Positions 47,600 to 60,291 of a stretch of DNA of 64,000 nucleotides are shown here, piece by piece. The notes beneath the pieces are model-generated. The model made no database searches. It was given only the letters and a program-made list of their open reading frames with translations, and was not told the DNA's origin. The DNA is from Octopus vulgaris (taxonomy: Eukaryota): positions 171,244,001 to 171,308,000 of the forward strand of contig OX597815.1 in NCBI GenBank assembly GCA_951406725.2, written 5' to 3'. The translations under genes were made by a program, and so were the position numbers. Position 1 is the first letter of the stretch. Each line of letters begins with the position of its first letter.

Positions 47600-49700
47600 T
47601 AAGTGTTCAGAACGTTATGAGACTTTCTGCCACTGATCATTTATATATTTCCGGAGTACAACTTTCATCGATTCCATTGTCCGGCCGGAAGAGAGCTGTG
47701 AGCGCTAGACAACACTCTAGGTGCATTGCACTTAGTTTCGTCTTTCTTTCAATCAGGACTGGAACTCCATCAATGAGACGAACTGCGGAAAGACTAGCCT
47801 CACCGACGGAACCCACACACTCCTGAAGTAAACTGGCCTCCCTGGATCTGTCGGTGCAAAATGACTACCAGTCATGCTGCCGTTCATGTCCAGGATTATC
47901 ACCTACAGTCCGGGTCCAAAAAGTTGCCCGTACATGGGGATCTAAAGATAGACGGAAAAGAACTGCTAATCCGCTGAACAATCTTGACAGACTTCGAGAT
48001 GAGCCTGTCTCATAGTTGTCGAAAATTGACGCTAAAGCATGCTGTTAAGAAATTCTTGTCTCGCTGATGGTGGCCGCATTTATATCGAGCGACCTATCTT
48101 CGGGCGAAAGTTCTTAAAAGCCCTTCTGAAAGTCTTTTTTCTATAGCTTTTTTTAAATCCCTGCATTAGCTGGGAATTTTTCTTTATTTTTTTTCTAAAA
48201 ATCAGATGTTTATATTAATATTCTGTCCCTCGGGGTTTTGAGGATAGAATCTTCAAATTCTTTCTTTGTCTCAATTCTATTTTTATTTTCATCTAAGTTA
48301 GTTAGTTAGTTAATTTTTGGCTCAAAAGCAAATAGCAAGGCCATGTAGGGGGACATGGAGTTAAGTACAGGGTGGTGTTCATGTAAAGAGTTCATGTAAA
48401 GTGTTCCATCTACTCAATGTTCCTATTGATCACAACAGTGAAGTTCATGAATACATTTAGTGTACTGTATAAAATGCTTTGTTATTTTAGCAGATTCCGT
48501 TCTGGTGGCCGTAGAGTCTGTGTTTTCCTGTTGTCGTCGTTTTTCTTGTTGAGGATAATGTCGTTGTTGTTGTTGAGGATGAGTATGTTGCTATTTCTGT
48601 TGTTGATGGAGTGGTTCTGAAGTGGGATGTAATTGTGTTTTTTGTGCATCTCTTTGTTGTTTTCTCGGATTGGTACTCTGTATCCTTCTCCTGTTCCATT
48701 TTTGGAGACTTTGCCACTTTTCAGTCCGTTCTTCCTTCTCCAAGTCATTATTCAAGGAATTGGTTAGATATGCTGAAGTCTGGTCGAAAGATATCCTTGA
48801 GTCGCTGTTGTTGTTGGTTTGGGAAAAGGGATTTGGAGAAAAGCTTGTTCTTCTGTGGGAACAAGGAATACACCTTTCAGTTGTCGAGGTCTTTGTGTAT
48901 TCGAAGGTATCCGCAACTGTTTATGCTGTTGTTGTAGATGTGCTTGTGGAATTGGCAACAATGGTGATTTCGATTTCTTTAAATGAGGGTAGAAAGCGTT
49001 TTGTTGGGTTGTACTTCCAGAGGGATAACATTTTGCTTTTCTGTCCTCAATCACTACTTTTATGGGCTCCACGCCATCCATGTAAATTATGTTAGGGATC
49101 TTATAGAAGTTTTCTAATGTGACCAGCATTTCCACTTAAACTCTGGCAACCGACCAGTTTTCATTCAGGATAGATTTCAACCAGTATCATCCCGAAATAC
49201 TGGACGTCAATTTCCAGAGGCACATTCGAAAATATAATCTTATTCACTCGTCTCCCCCGATAAGACGGGAAGAAGATATGTTCATCTGAGGAGTAAGTGT
49301 ACTAAGCCAGCCTTTTCACAGCCACTTCAGTATGGAATATAGCTACATGGGATCCAAAATCTCTTGCTCTCCTTACTAGCCAAATCCAACCGCAAACATC
49401 TCTTAGGCATTTTTCTACCAGTGCTGCATTCAAAATTTCTATCCACCTGGTCTTCTTATCAAGACAATGATAGATCACAATTCTTTTTATGATTTGATCT
49501 TCTTTGTCTCGAAATAGAACAAGGAAATTAGGTTTTATCAGGCATTTTCGGAAACTTTTCCCGAAATCACTTTCGAAAGAGTGTTCAAATCCATCTTTGT
49601 TCAATAATATTAGCGAAAGTTGTGTTGTTTGATTCCTTGTTGTTGCTGCTGCTTTTGCTGTTCGTAGTAGTGGACGTGGCTTCAATCAATTTGTTGAAAT
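47600..49700 (-). mobile_element. Highly decayed L1/Tx1-like ORF1 and AP endonuclease remnants
   Basis: Minus-strand DINAATISETR, GLAVLFR, FLDPD; ORF1-like IPNIIYMDG..VVIEDRKAKCY. Confidence 0.45.
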
Positions 49701-50049
49701 TTTCCCTTTTCTGTTTGTCTTGAAGTTTTGTTATTGTTCTTGTTGGTATTGATGTTGTGGTCGGCATCAATAATTTCTATCATCTGTTCCTTTTCATATC
49801 TGGTGTTGCTGTTGTTGTTCTTGTTGTCACTGCTGCTGTTGTTGTTGTTGATGATGGTAATATCTTCAATGATTTCTTTGGTGAAACTTTCCGTTTTGTG
49901 TTTATTTTCAGCATCGTTGTTGTCGGAAGTTGCCCTCTTGTCTGTTTACAAAAGAGAAGGGGGAGCTTAAGAGCGAGCAAAAATACAGAGCACTTAACAG
50001 GAAGAATGATATTGAAAGAAAGGGCCTGAAATTGGTAACGGGGGAACTG

Positions 50050-50760
50050 AAACAGCACCTCATTGCTAAGAAAGAAAAGATGGTAAGATACAATAAAAAA
50101 TGAAGGGATATCTGCAGAATAGGTAATTCAGAGTAGATCAGAAGAGATTCTACAAAGAAATAAATGGAGAGTGTACAGATGAAAAGCTGATACCAGAGCA
50201 AGCATTAAGAGCCAATTACATCAAATACAGAATAGACAACACATCAAAAATTGATAAGTGTAGAATTTGTGGACAAAATGGTGAAACCATATGGTATATT
50301 ACCAGACAATGCACGCCACTAGTCCAGAAAAAATATAAGAGACGTCATGACAACATTGCAAGGATTGTCCATTGGACACTTTGCAACAAGTATGGACTTC
50401 ACAGAGCAAAAAGATGGTACGGATATAAACCCGAAGGCATAATCGAAAATTATAATGGAAAGATCCTATAGGATTTTATGATTCAGTGCGACGATGCTGG
50501 ACCATCGTATGGTATGCGATAAGGAAGAAAAGTCGATAGATATGACAAGTTAGCTTGGGATGTTAAGCAGTTGTCGTCGCTGAAAAAGGTGGTAGTAGCA
50601 CCAATAACTGTCGGTGCCCTAAGAACAGTGAGTAAAAATCTTGAGAAGTATATGGAACAAATAGGGACTACAATAAGAGTGGAGCACTTGCAGAAAACAG
50701 CACTGCTTGGAACCACTGGAAAACTCCGGATGGTGTAAATAAGGGGTGTTACCTAGGTTC
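50050..50760 (+). mobile_element. Decayed R4/Dong-like RLE fragment
   Basis: DKCRICGQNGET..C..YKRRHDNIARIVHW; LQKTALLGT. Confidence 0.8.
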
Positions 50761-51446
50761 ACTGGTAGGGAACAGCACCGTAGTACATCTCCATAGTTAG
50801 AAGCTCCGCAAAGACAATAAAATAATAATGATAATAACCCTTTCTACTATAGGTACAAGGCCTATAATGATGATGATGATGATGATGATGATTACCCGAT
50901 AACAAAACAGTACCAAAAAATTCAATAATACCAAACAAATAAAGAAACACCATGCGCCCAGGTATATCAAAGCATAATACCGCTCGATAAAACTACCACC
51001 GCCCCACTGACGATCCTTATATGACCACAGAAGCGACGGTATACTAGGATCAGATGATCTCGATGATAGCTTTCAATGAATTCTTGGAAGCGTACGGCCG
51101 CCGACAGTACCCCACCACCGACGATGCCATAGAGGGAGCAATCTGTGAGGCTGCATTATGTGGAATCTCATATCATGTAACCACGTTTCTCCTGGGGTGG
51201 GGTGGGGTTCCAAACATGAACTGGCATTTCCTCATGTAGGACTTGTACCTGATGTTCTCTTGGAATGATCTCATAGGTGCAGGTGTGGCTGTGCGATAAG
51301 TAGCTTTCTTACCAACCACATGGTCCCGGGTTCATTCCCACTGTGTTGTACCTTGGGCAAGTGTCTTCTACTATAGCCTCGGGCCGACCAAAGCCTTGTT
51401 AGTGGATTTGGTAGACGGAAACTGAAAGAAGGCCGTCGTATATATG

Positions 51447-51526
<80 letters not shown>

Positions 51527-52988
51527 CGTGTATGTCGGTGTTTGTCCCCCCAGCATCGCTTGAAAACCGATGGTCGTGTGTTTACGCCCCCGTAACTTAG
51601 TGGTTCGGCAAAAGAGACCGATAGAATAAGAACTAGACTTACAAAGAATAAGTCCAGGGGTCGATTTGCTCAACTAAAGGTGGTGCTCCAGCATGGCCGC
51701 AGTCAAAATGACTGAAACAAGTAAAAGAGTAATAGTAGACACCGTCTAGATTTGAATATATTAAGATTCACCACGATGGCGTCATCAAACTGTGGATGAC
51801 ATTCGATGATGAAGTTCCTGGTGCTGCTAGACGAACGCAATCTTTCTAACAGTGTATGGCCACTGAGAATGCTTCTTTCTCTTGGCCACAGATGGTCCGT
51901 CTCCATCAGAAACTTCTTCCACTTTCCCGGTTTTAACCACGGAGGATACGACTACGTTCAAGAATCCGGCAAGTGTCCGCATCGCTGTAGCTGGATGTTA
52001 TAGAAAAGAGTATTTCATCTAATTTTATCTATCGTTTAAATCGGAATCTATGTTGATCATGACGATATGTCCGAAAGAGAAGTGAGACAGTCAAAACGTG
52101 GCACATAAATTTTGCACTTGATTTCCTTCCATTTATGGTCTGCTAGTGTGTATCAACCGATTAAATATTATAAAATGTGGAATCTGGAATGATATTACCT
52201 TCAGATATCTTGGTTATTTCCTTGTTTTGCAGAAAAATTACTTTAAAATAACAAGAGGGCACAATTTATTTCCTGTGGAATTCAGAATTAGGTCTCTGTA
52301 TATGGCTTGACAAACCCGGATCTAAAATCTAGGAAGGGAAACAGGAACGTTACGATTATCATCATTTACTCATTATACGTATATAATTAATTTTCCAATT
52401 AAGCTGATAAATATACGCAACATATTGTTATAATTAATGCTTTCTGGTATTTTACTTTGTGGCTATCTGCGATTAAATATACTATTTTCTCTAGCTTTGT
52501 TCTCTTTCCGTTTTTCTCTCATTCTCACAATCTCCCCATTTCCTCTCGTCTAAAGCCAGCTGGAGACGACGATCTCCTGGGGCTATAGAGCTACAGTAAC
52601 ACCCCCTACCCTATGTGGTTAGCCATATTAAGATGGCTTCTATACTTTACATTATCGAGCGATTACTGTTTACATCTCATTCTGAGATTTAATAATGCTT
52701 ACATATATCCATATATATATATATATATATACAAATATTCTATAATTATAAATGTCATTATAATCAGGGGTCAGCTAATTGCTTCACCACATGCCAAATT
52801 TAGAAATAGGAGTTAAAAATTAAAGATTAGCTGACTCCTAATTATAATTATGCTTATAATTATAGAATATTTGTATAATTTTACCTATAAAGGTTATTTT
52901 AACGTACCGATCTACTTGGTAAAATTATTAATTGATTGCTTAATTAATTAATTTGTTTAATTAACCCTTTTATTATTAATTCGAAATT

Positions 52989-53019
<31 letters not shown>

Positions 53020-53898
53020 GAGAGAGAGAGAGGCAGACAGAGATAGGTAGATAGATAGACACATAGATATACACATATATACACGCACTTACGCACACAC
53101 ATATATATGCATATAGGCGTGTATACATACTAACATGCATTTGTGTATGATGATGATGATAATGATTAAGGAGGAGGAGGTGTAGAGATGGGAGGAAGAC
53201 GTGGGGGGAGGAGGACAGTTGACTTGTCATCATATATAGCCATCTTTTGCTCTAAACTTACCGATGTAGTGCCTGTCAATCATGATCTTTCACATTAACA
53301 TACAACAATATAACAGGCCCAAAGCTTCACTTCCTTGATGCCGACGCGTTTCAGCAAATGTCAATACCGTACATGGGAACGAACACAGAATTGCTACTCC
53401 TCCTACTTACATTACATCCTCCATGAGGTCACGAACGAACCGGACCAATGACATCGCCGCCAGTTTTCATTATCGTGGGCACACATCATAACTTGACCAT
53501 CCATAAAGTTAATGAAGGCCCTCTGTTTGCCGCTCCAACAAACTCGTGTCTTCACCATCTCTCTTTTATCTTTTAACTTTCCCAGTTATAGGACTTCGGC
53601 CATGCTTGGGCACTGTATGTATGTGTGTGTGTGTGTGTTGATGTCTGTGTTTGTACCCCACTACCGCTTGACAACCGGTGTTGGTGTGTTTACCTCCACG
53701 TAACTTAGCTGTTCGGCAAAAATATCGTTAGAATAAGTACTAGGCCAGTGTGGTCCTGCGTAAGTATATATATATAGTAGTAGTAGTAGTAACAGAAAAA
53801 AGGAATTTCGATTATCCCTACGTTGTGAGTTGTAATGTATATAAGAAATTAAAAAAGGAAAATAAGCACACTTACATAGTTTTAATATCATTTTTAAT

Positions 53899-53933
53899 AT
53901 ATCGACCGGTTTCGCTATCGCTATTCATGATAT
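53899..53933 (-). ncRNA. 35-nt minimal hammerhead motif, A3-U8 variant
   Basis: AUAUC-AUGAAUA-GC(gaua)GC-GAAA-CCGG-UC-GAUAU. Confidence 0.7.
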
Positions 53934-54028
53934 TATGTTTTACTTATTTGAATATATATTTTCTTAAGAAGAAATTTCTTCTTAAGAAAAAATATATATT
54001 CAAATAAGTAAAACATAATATCATGAAT
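53923..54028. repeat. Spacerless ~106-bp palindrome
   Basis: Centre GAAATTTC at 53971-53978; the arms differ only in a T/A run length. Confidence 0.9.
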
Positions 54029-54029
54029 T

Positions 54030-54086
<57 letters not shown>

Positions 54087-54176
54087 CATACATACATACA
54101 TACATACATACATACATACATACATTCATATGTATATATATATATATACATACGTATGTATACATACATATATATG

Positions 54177-54244
<68 letters not shown>

Positions 54245-54337
54245 GTGCATATGTACACAAATATATGTACAAGGCGCAGGAGTGGCTGTGTGATAAGTAG
54301 CTTGTTTACCAACCACATGGTTCCGGGTTCAGTCCAC

Positions 54338-54405
<68 letters not shown>

Positions 54406-54699
54406 TGTTTGTCCCCCAAACATCGCTTGACAACCGATGCTGGTGTCTTTACCTCCTCGTAACTTAGCGGTTCGGTAAAAAGAGACCGATAGAATAAGTG
54501 CTAGTCTTACAAAGATAGATAGATATGTACATATACATATCGATCTATCAATCTATCGACTAAAAGGCGGTGCTCCAGCATGGCCGCAGTCAAATGACTG
54601 ACACAAGTAAAAGAATAAAAGAATATGTATGTATGTGGTGTGTGTGTATGTATGCACATTGCTGATGATGCTCTTCTGGTGTCTGCTTGCCTTTAGAAG

Positions 54700-56350
54700 A
54701 GGAGGATTGAAACGAGGAAGGAGATACGATTGATATGATGTTCTCGGCAAGGCAACTTCTGGAAAAGTGTATTGAACAAAGGATGGATTTGTTTCAAGTG
54801 CTACTTGACCTGACAGAGGCACTTGACACGTTAAACAGATAAGCTAAACAAGGGCCACTGAAGATGATTTGGTGTGCAAATAAATTTGTGACATTTCTAC
54901 TTCTATTCCATGACAACATACAGGCATGGGTGAATGTTGGTGGGAATGTGGCTGATCTTGTTGCTGTGAACAATGGTGTCAAACAAGGCGGTATTCCACT
55001 GTCAACGCTGTTTTCACTGTATTTTACAATTGTGTTTGTAATGGCTTTCAGTGAGTGTCCACATGGAATATATGTCAGGTTTCGTACTTTCGGGAAACGT
55101 TTCAACATAAAACGCCCCAATGCAAAAGACATGTCCTCATTGTTAAGAGGATTTCACTATGCAGGTACCTGTGATCTCTCTGCTCATGAAGATATGCAGC
55201 ATATTCCTTCTCCAATGCTTGTTCTGTGTTAGGCCTGACGATAAGTTTTAAAACGGTCGTTGTCTTATATTAGCCTTTCACCAGGAGGGCCATACCTGGA
55301 ACCAAATATCCGAGCATATGTCAGAGTCTTCAAGTTATAATTGTAGACAGGTCTATGTATTCTGGTATTAACTTTAGTACACTTTGAACTCATGACATTG
55401 AAATCTCGCTTGGAATCAGCAAAGCCAGTGATGCTTTCAGAAAGTTGGAAAAGTGCCTGTGATCTCACCGTAGCATCTCCACTGATACTAAAATGATTAT
55501 ATAGCGTGTGCGGTTGTCTTCCCTTTTGTACGCTTGTGAGATCAGTGTAACCTACCGAAAGAACCTGAGACAGTTGAAGGGATACCACCAGAAGCGTCTA
55601 CATTGTATATTGGGTCTGCGTTGGAAAATGTGTGGGATGTTGAGGTACTTAAAAAATTCATTGTGGAAGAACTGAGTCAATTTTTTGGCAGAAGTGACAC
55701 CGATGGGTGAGTCACTCGGTGAGAAATGAGGTCTCTGAAGCAATTCATGTATGGCGAATTAAGGAATGGAAAGCGACACCTCGTAAATCTAAGCTGAGTA
55801 TCAAAGACTACATAAAACATCGTTGAAGAAGGTTAACATCTCGGAAATGAACTGGAAAGAAACTGCAACTGATCGGGCAAGATGAAGGAAAGCAATTTAC
55901 TATGTAAGTGAGAATTTCACAAGCTCGAAATCACGAGAAGTTGATAACGGATGCCATAAATGATGTAAACGTGATACTTCCAGAAAACGCGGGTATCCAG
56001 AGTGAGCTAGCATGCGATGAATGTGGAAATGTCTGCTTCAGTAAAACGGGGCTGAATAGTCACAAAATAAGCCACGGGTAGAGAGTTGGCTTGGATTGTG
56101 TCATACACAGCATAACAATATGTCATGAATGCGGCAAAGTTTGCCTATCAGATGGGAGCTTGAAACGACACATAAAAATGCATGATGTCCAACAAGCGGC
56201 TCCTGTTGTTGTGAGTAAGCATGTACGAAACATCTGTGCCAAAGAATGTAAGTCATTTGCCTGTCTGAAAAGCCACACCCATGCTGATCACACATGAGAC
56301 TGATTCTCAAATACTTCAATCGATGGGAATACTCGAGAACGGGGAATCGG
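54700..56350 (+). mobile_element. Heavily decayed RTE LINE with C-terminal C2H2 fingers
   Basis: NNGVKQGG..TLFSLYF; CDECG..H, CHECGK..LKRHIKMH, ICAKECKS..LKSH..H. Confidence 0.8.
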
Positions 56351-56374
56351 CCACAATATAGGTATGTATATATG

Positions 56375-56594
56375 TACAAGGGAATGCTGAAAAGATCTTG
56401 GCTTCAAAGATGTCGTAAAAAGCCTGGTTTGAGGCCCAAACTTCCAAGTTCTTTTACGAGGTTTAGAAAAACTGAAGGACCGCTGCTATAAGCGTGTGAA
56501 TCTGAAAAGGGAATATGTTAAATAAAATCATGATTAAATGATCCTCCTGTATTTTCTTTTACCCAAAGCCAGTAACTTTTCAGCTGCCTATCAT
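56375..56594. mobile_element. Mariner-derived MITE
   Basis: Imperfect TIRs TACAAGGGAATGCTGAAAAG.TC.TGGCTT / AAGCCAGTAACTTTTCAGC..ATA; internal transposase C-terminus GLEKLKDRCYKRVNLKREYVK*. Confidence 0.65.
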
Positions 56595-57953
56595 ATGTAT
56601 GTTAAACGATGTATGTGAAAAGTTGGAGGATGTGATCCCGCTCCCCGAAGAAGGCACGACAGAAGTTATTTCCTGTGTCCACTGTGGTCATGTCTGCTTC
56701 TCAAAGGCAGGCCTACTTAGCCACAAGAGTGATTGTAGAGGTAAACCCGTCTAGCAGAGAGATATCCACCATATTCTTTCACGCAACTTGTATAGCACAG
56801 TGTCTGAGTTAGACAGTTGGCTCACTCGGCATATTGTATGTCCCAACAACCAGACAGTCGAGCTGGTGCTGGAGGGTTGACCTGTAATCGGAGTGAAATG
56901 GCTTGCATGCCTCAGAAGCCGTATAAGACGATGGAGTAGGGGGACCAAACGTGTGGTGTTTCTTGCAGTGAAATAGGTTTAGGAAGTGGTTTTACACAGT
57001 GTGCAATCGACTTCCTCTGTGTATTCAAAGAAATAAGCATCAGAAATGCTTTGCCTAGCAAAGAAACTACAGAAGTTGCACAAAGGTATTGTGAGATTTT
57101 TTTCCTGTTGATGACTAAAGTTGTCGCAAGAACCGGAAACACTACCGCGGTATCTCAAAGCCACAAGCGTTTCGCCCCTTAAACTGAACGCTTCACTTGA
57201 GTAAGGAAACGAGGATTGAACTATATTTCGTCTATGGAAGGGATCTATCTGTGGTCTCTGGTCAACCACGGCCATCTTTATTTGGCTCTAGGTACCATGC
57301 TTATCTCATTGCTGGCGTTCTTCATTTGCTCAGGTTTCTAACTAATCTTCTGTAGAATTCATGGGAAATTTACGGCATGGAAAATATATAGTAGCCGACT
57401 GAAATAAAGAATTACGTCGAATGCAATCCCTTAGCAAGCGACTGCTCTATCGGGCTTTGCTGCTTAGTTTTCGTCAGCTAGTAAAAAAACCGCTGAGTCT
57501 GTGATCATAGGCCTCTGATTTTACGATAATTGCATTTGAATTCCTGGATAGCATGAACGTGTCTGGTTGGTGGGATGTTTCCACTACTTACCATAGAAAA
57601 ACGAATATGGTATTTACTTTTACATTCATTACCCCATTTTGAGGTTGATGCATATGTATGTTTGTATGTATGTATGTATGTATGCATGTATGTATGTATG
57701 TATGTATGTATGTATGTATGCATGTATGTATGTATATACATATATATATATATGTGTGTGTGTGTGTGGATGTATGTATACATACACATACACATAATAT
57801 CTATGTGTAAATTTGTATGTATATATATATTTACATAAATACACACAGAGACATATATACATATATGTATATATACGTGTATATACATATATATATATAT
57901 ATATGTATATATATGTGTGTGTGTATGTATATGTATATACATATATATACGTT

Positions 57954-58035
<82 letters not shown>

Positions 58036-58411
58036 AAAAGTTACCAAGTCACCAAAGGTGTGTGTGTGTGCGTGTACATACATACACTTGCATATATACA
58101 TCCAGAACCACGCCATTAGCTTAGGAGTGAAATTTAGGATTTCTCGGTTTTCTTTGAATCGATTTTTATAAATATTTTCCCAGCAGGTTTGCTCATTATG
58201 GCAACACCACCATTGTTATGTTTTCAATATACTGTGTAACGTCCTTTCTTTTTTTATTTCAGGTTCTTCAGTTTTTGGTTGAACCACGATAATAGCTTTT
58301 GAATGAAAATAACCTATCAAGACATTCTTTTTTTTTTCAGAAAATGAAGGGTAATAATACATATTAAGCATACATCGTGTACATATTTAATAGAAAACGA
58401 TAATAATAATC

Positions 58412-58661
58412 TGTTGTGTCTGGGGAGAGTCATTTTTTTTTGTGCCTTATAATGTAACACACTCACCGGTAAAATTTCCACTTATTTCTTATTTTTATTT
58501 TCCTAAAATTTTCGTTGCGTCTTGCAACCTTTTCAATAGTCTTGACTCAAGGCGCAACGAAAATTTTAGGAAAATAAAAACAAGAAATAAGTGGAAATTT
58601 TACCGGTGAGTATGTTACATCATAAGGCACAAAAAGAAAATGACTCTCCCCAGACACAACA
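58412..58661. repeat. Fold-back element, ~113-bp arms
   Basis: TGTTGTGTCTGGGGAGAGTCA ... TGACTCTCCCCAGACACAACA; spacer ~58525-58547. Confidence 0.92.
58502..58541 (-). ncRNA. Minimal hammerhead motif, U3-A8 variant with extra G
   Basis: CUA-UUGAAAA-G-GUUGC(aagac)GCAAC-GAAA-AU-UU-UAG. Confidence 0.55.
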
Positions 58662-58744
58662 TAATATGCTTCAACACACGAACTCATATAAAGAATCTTG
58701 CAAACCAAATCCAAAAACGAAATATAATAATATTATAACACTTA

Positions 58745-59260
58745 TTGGCATAATGAAATATTTGCCATATGAGCACCATTTCGACGGATAACTTCAGAAT
58801 CCATATTAGTCATGAAATCAGTCGTTTGTTTAATAGTAGCAGGTTGGACTGCCTTTGCTGCAACTTTGATGGTCACCCATAAGACATCTTTCGACGAAAA
58901 TTGGTGTCCATCGGCATAAAAATTTTGTTTAATGATGGACCGAAGATTTTTAATAGGGTTGAGATCCGGGAATACTAGCGGCCACACCATCAACTTTTCA
59001 CTTCGTATGCTGTAAGACCCTATTAATGTTTGGGTGGTCCCAGCAGAGTGAGAGGGAGCGTTGTCATGCATGAATATAAGATTGCTTAGAAGTGACAGCA
59101 GTATGTCATCTAGCTAGGGATCCAAGACCTCCTTCAGGGGTTTGCAGTAGGCGGCTGCGGTCACTTTAGCCTCTTTAGACACTCTGACTGCACCAACAAG
59201 TCTGTCCCCAATGATACCAGCCCACAACATGACTCCTCTACCTTGTTGTTGACGCCGTAA
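58745..59260 (-). mobile_element. Tc1-like DDE transposase remnant
   Basis: GVMLW.GII, MHDNAPSH, WP..PDLNPIKN. Confidence 0.85.
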
Positions 59261-59543
59261 ACGTGAAATAAAGAATACAGCAAACAACCTGGTCCAGGAA
59301 TCGAACTCACTACCTCATTATAGTGAACCAGACACTCTACCCACTGAGTCCTGAGCCTTCACACATAAGTTACGTGTTAGATATCAAATATATTGTATAA
59401 AACAGTCTCACTTTCAACTGATATAGACACTCACGTTTATAAGATATTTAGATTGACAGAGTCTATAATAAACCAACACACACACGCACATACACACACA
59501 CACATATATATATACATATACACACACACACACATATATATAC

Positions 59544-59635
<92 letters not shown>

Positions 59636-59806
59636 TAATACCCCCATTTGAGACAATATAGGAATAATTTATTATTAAATCGCTAATGACTTGCAAAATG
59701 CAGATATATACATACATATTTATTTATTTATATATACATACATACACGCACATACATACATACATACATACATAAATACACACACACACATACACACACA
59801 CACACT

Positions 59807-59910
<104 letters not shown>

Positions 59911-60191
59911 ATGTAGTGAATAAATTATCGTCTAAATTACGCAAAAACAAAAATAACACTGACATCTCATTTTAACAGATATATTTACCAAAATTATATC
60001 AAAATATATCTTGAAATACTAAAGAGTAAATTTATTCAATAAAATAGCCATTGGCTTCAACCATATCCTCCAAACGACTTCGGAATCTCCTGCAACTCTT
60101 CTGGATGGTCTCCTTGTTTAAGTTGGTGAATGCTACCATAATCCTTGCTTTGGGTTCATCTTTGGTGTTACAGTAAATACATACATATATA

Positions 60192-60291
<100 letters not shown>

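Noticed and set aside
51000-52000. Candidate host exons
   Set aside because: Stops occur in the plausible frames; more like decayed LINE ORF1 fragments split by a SINE.
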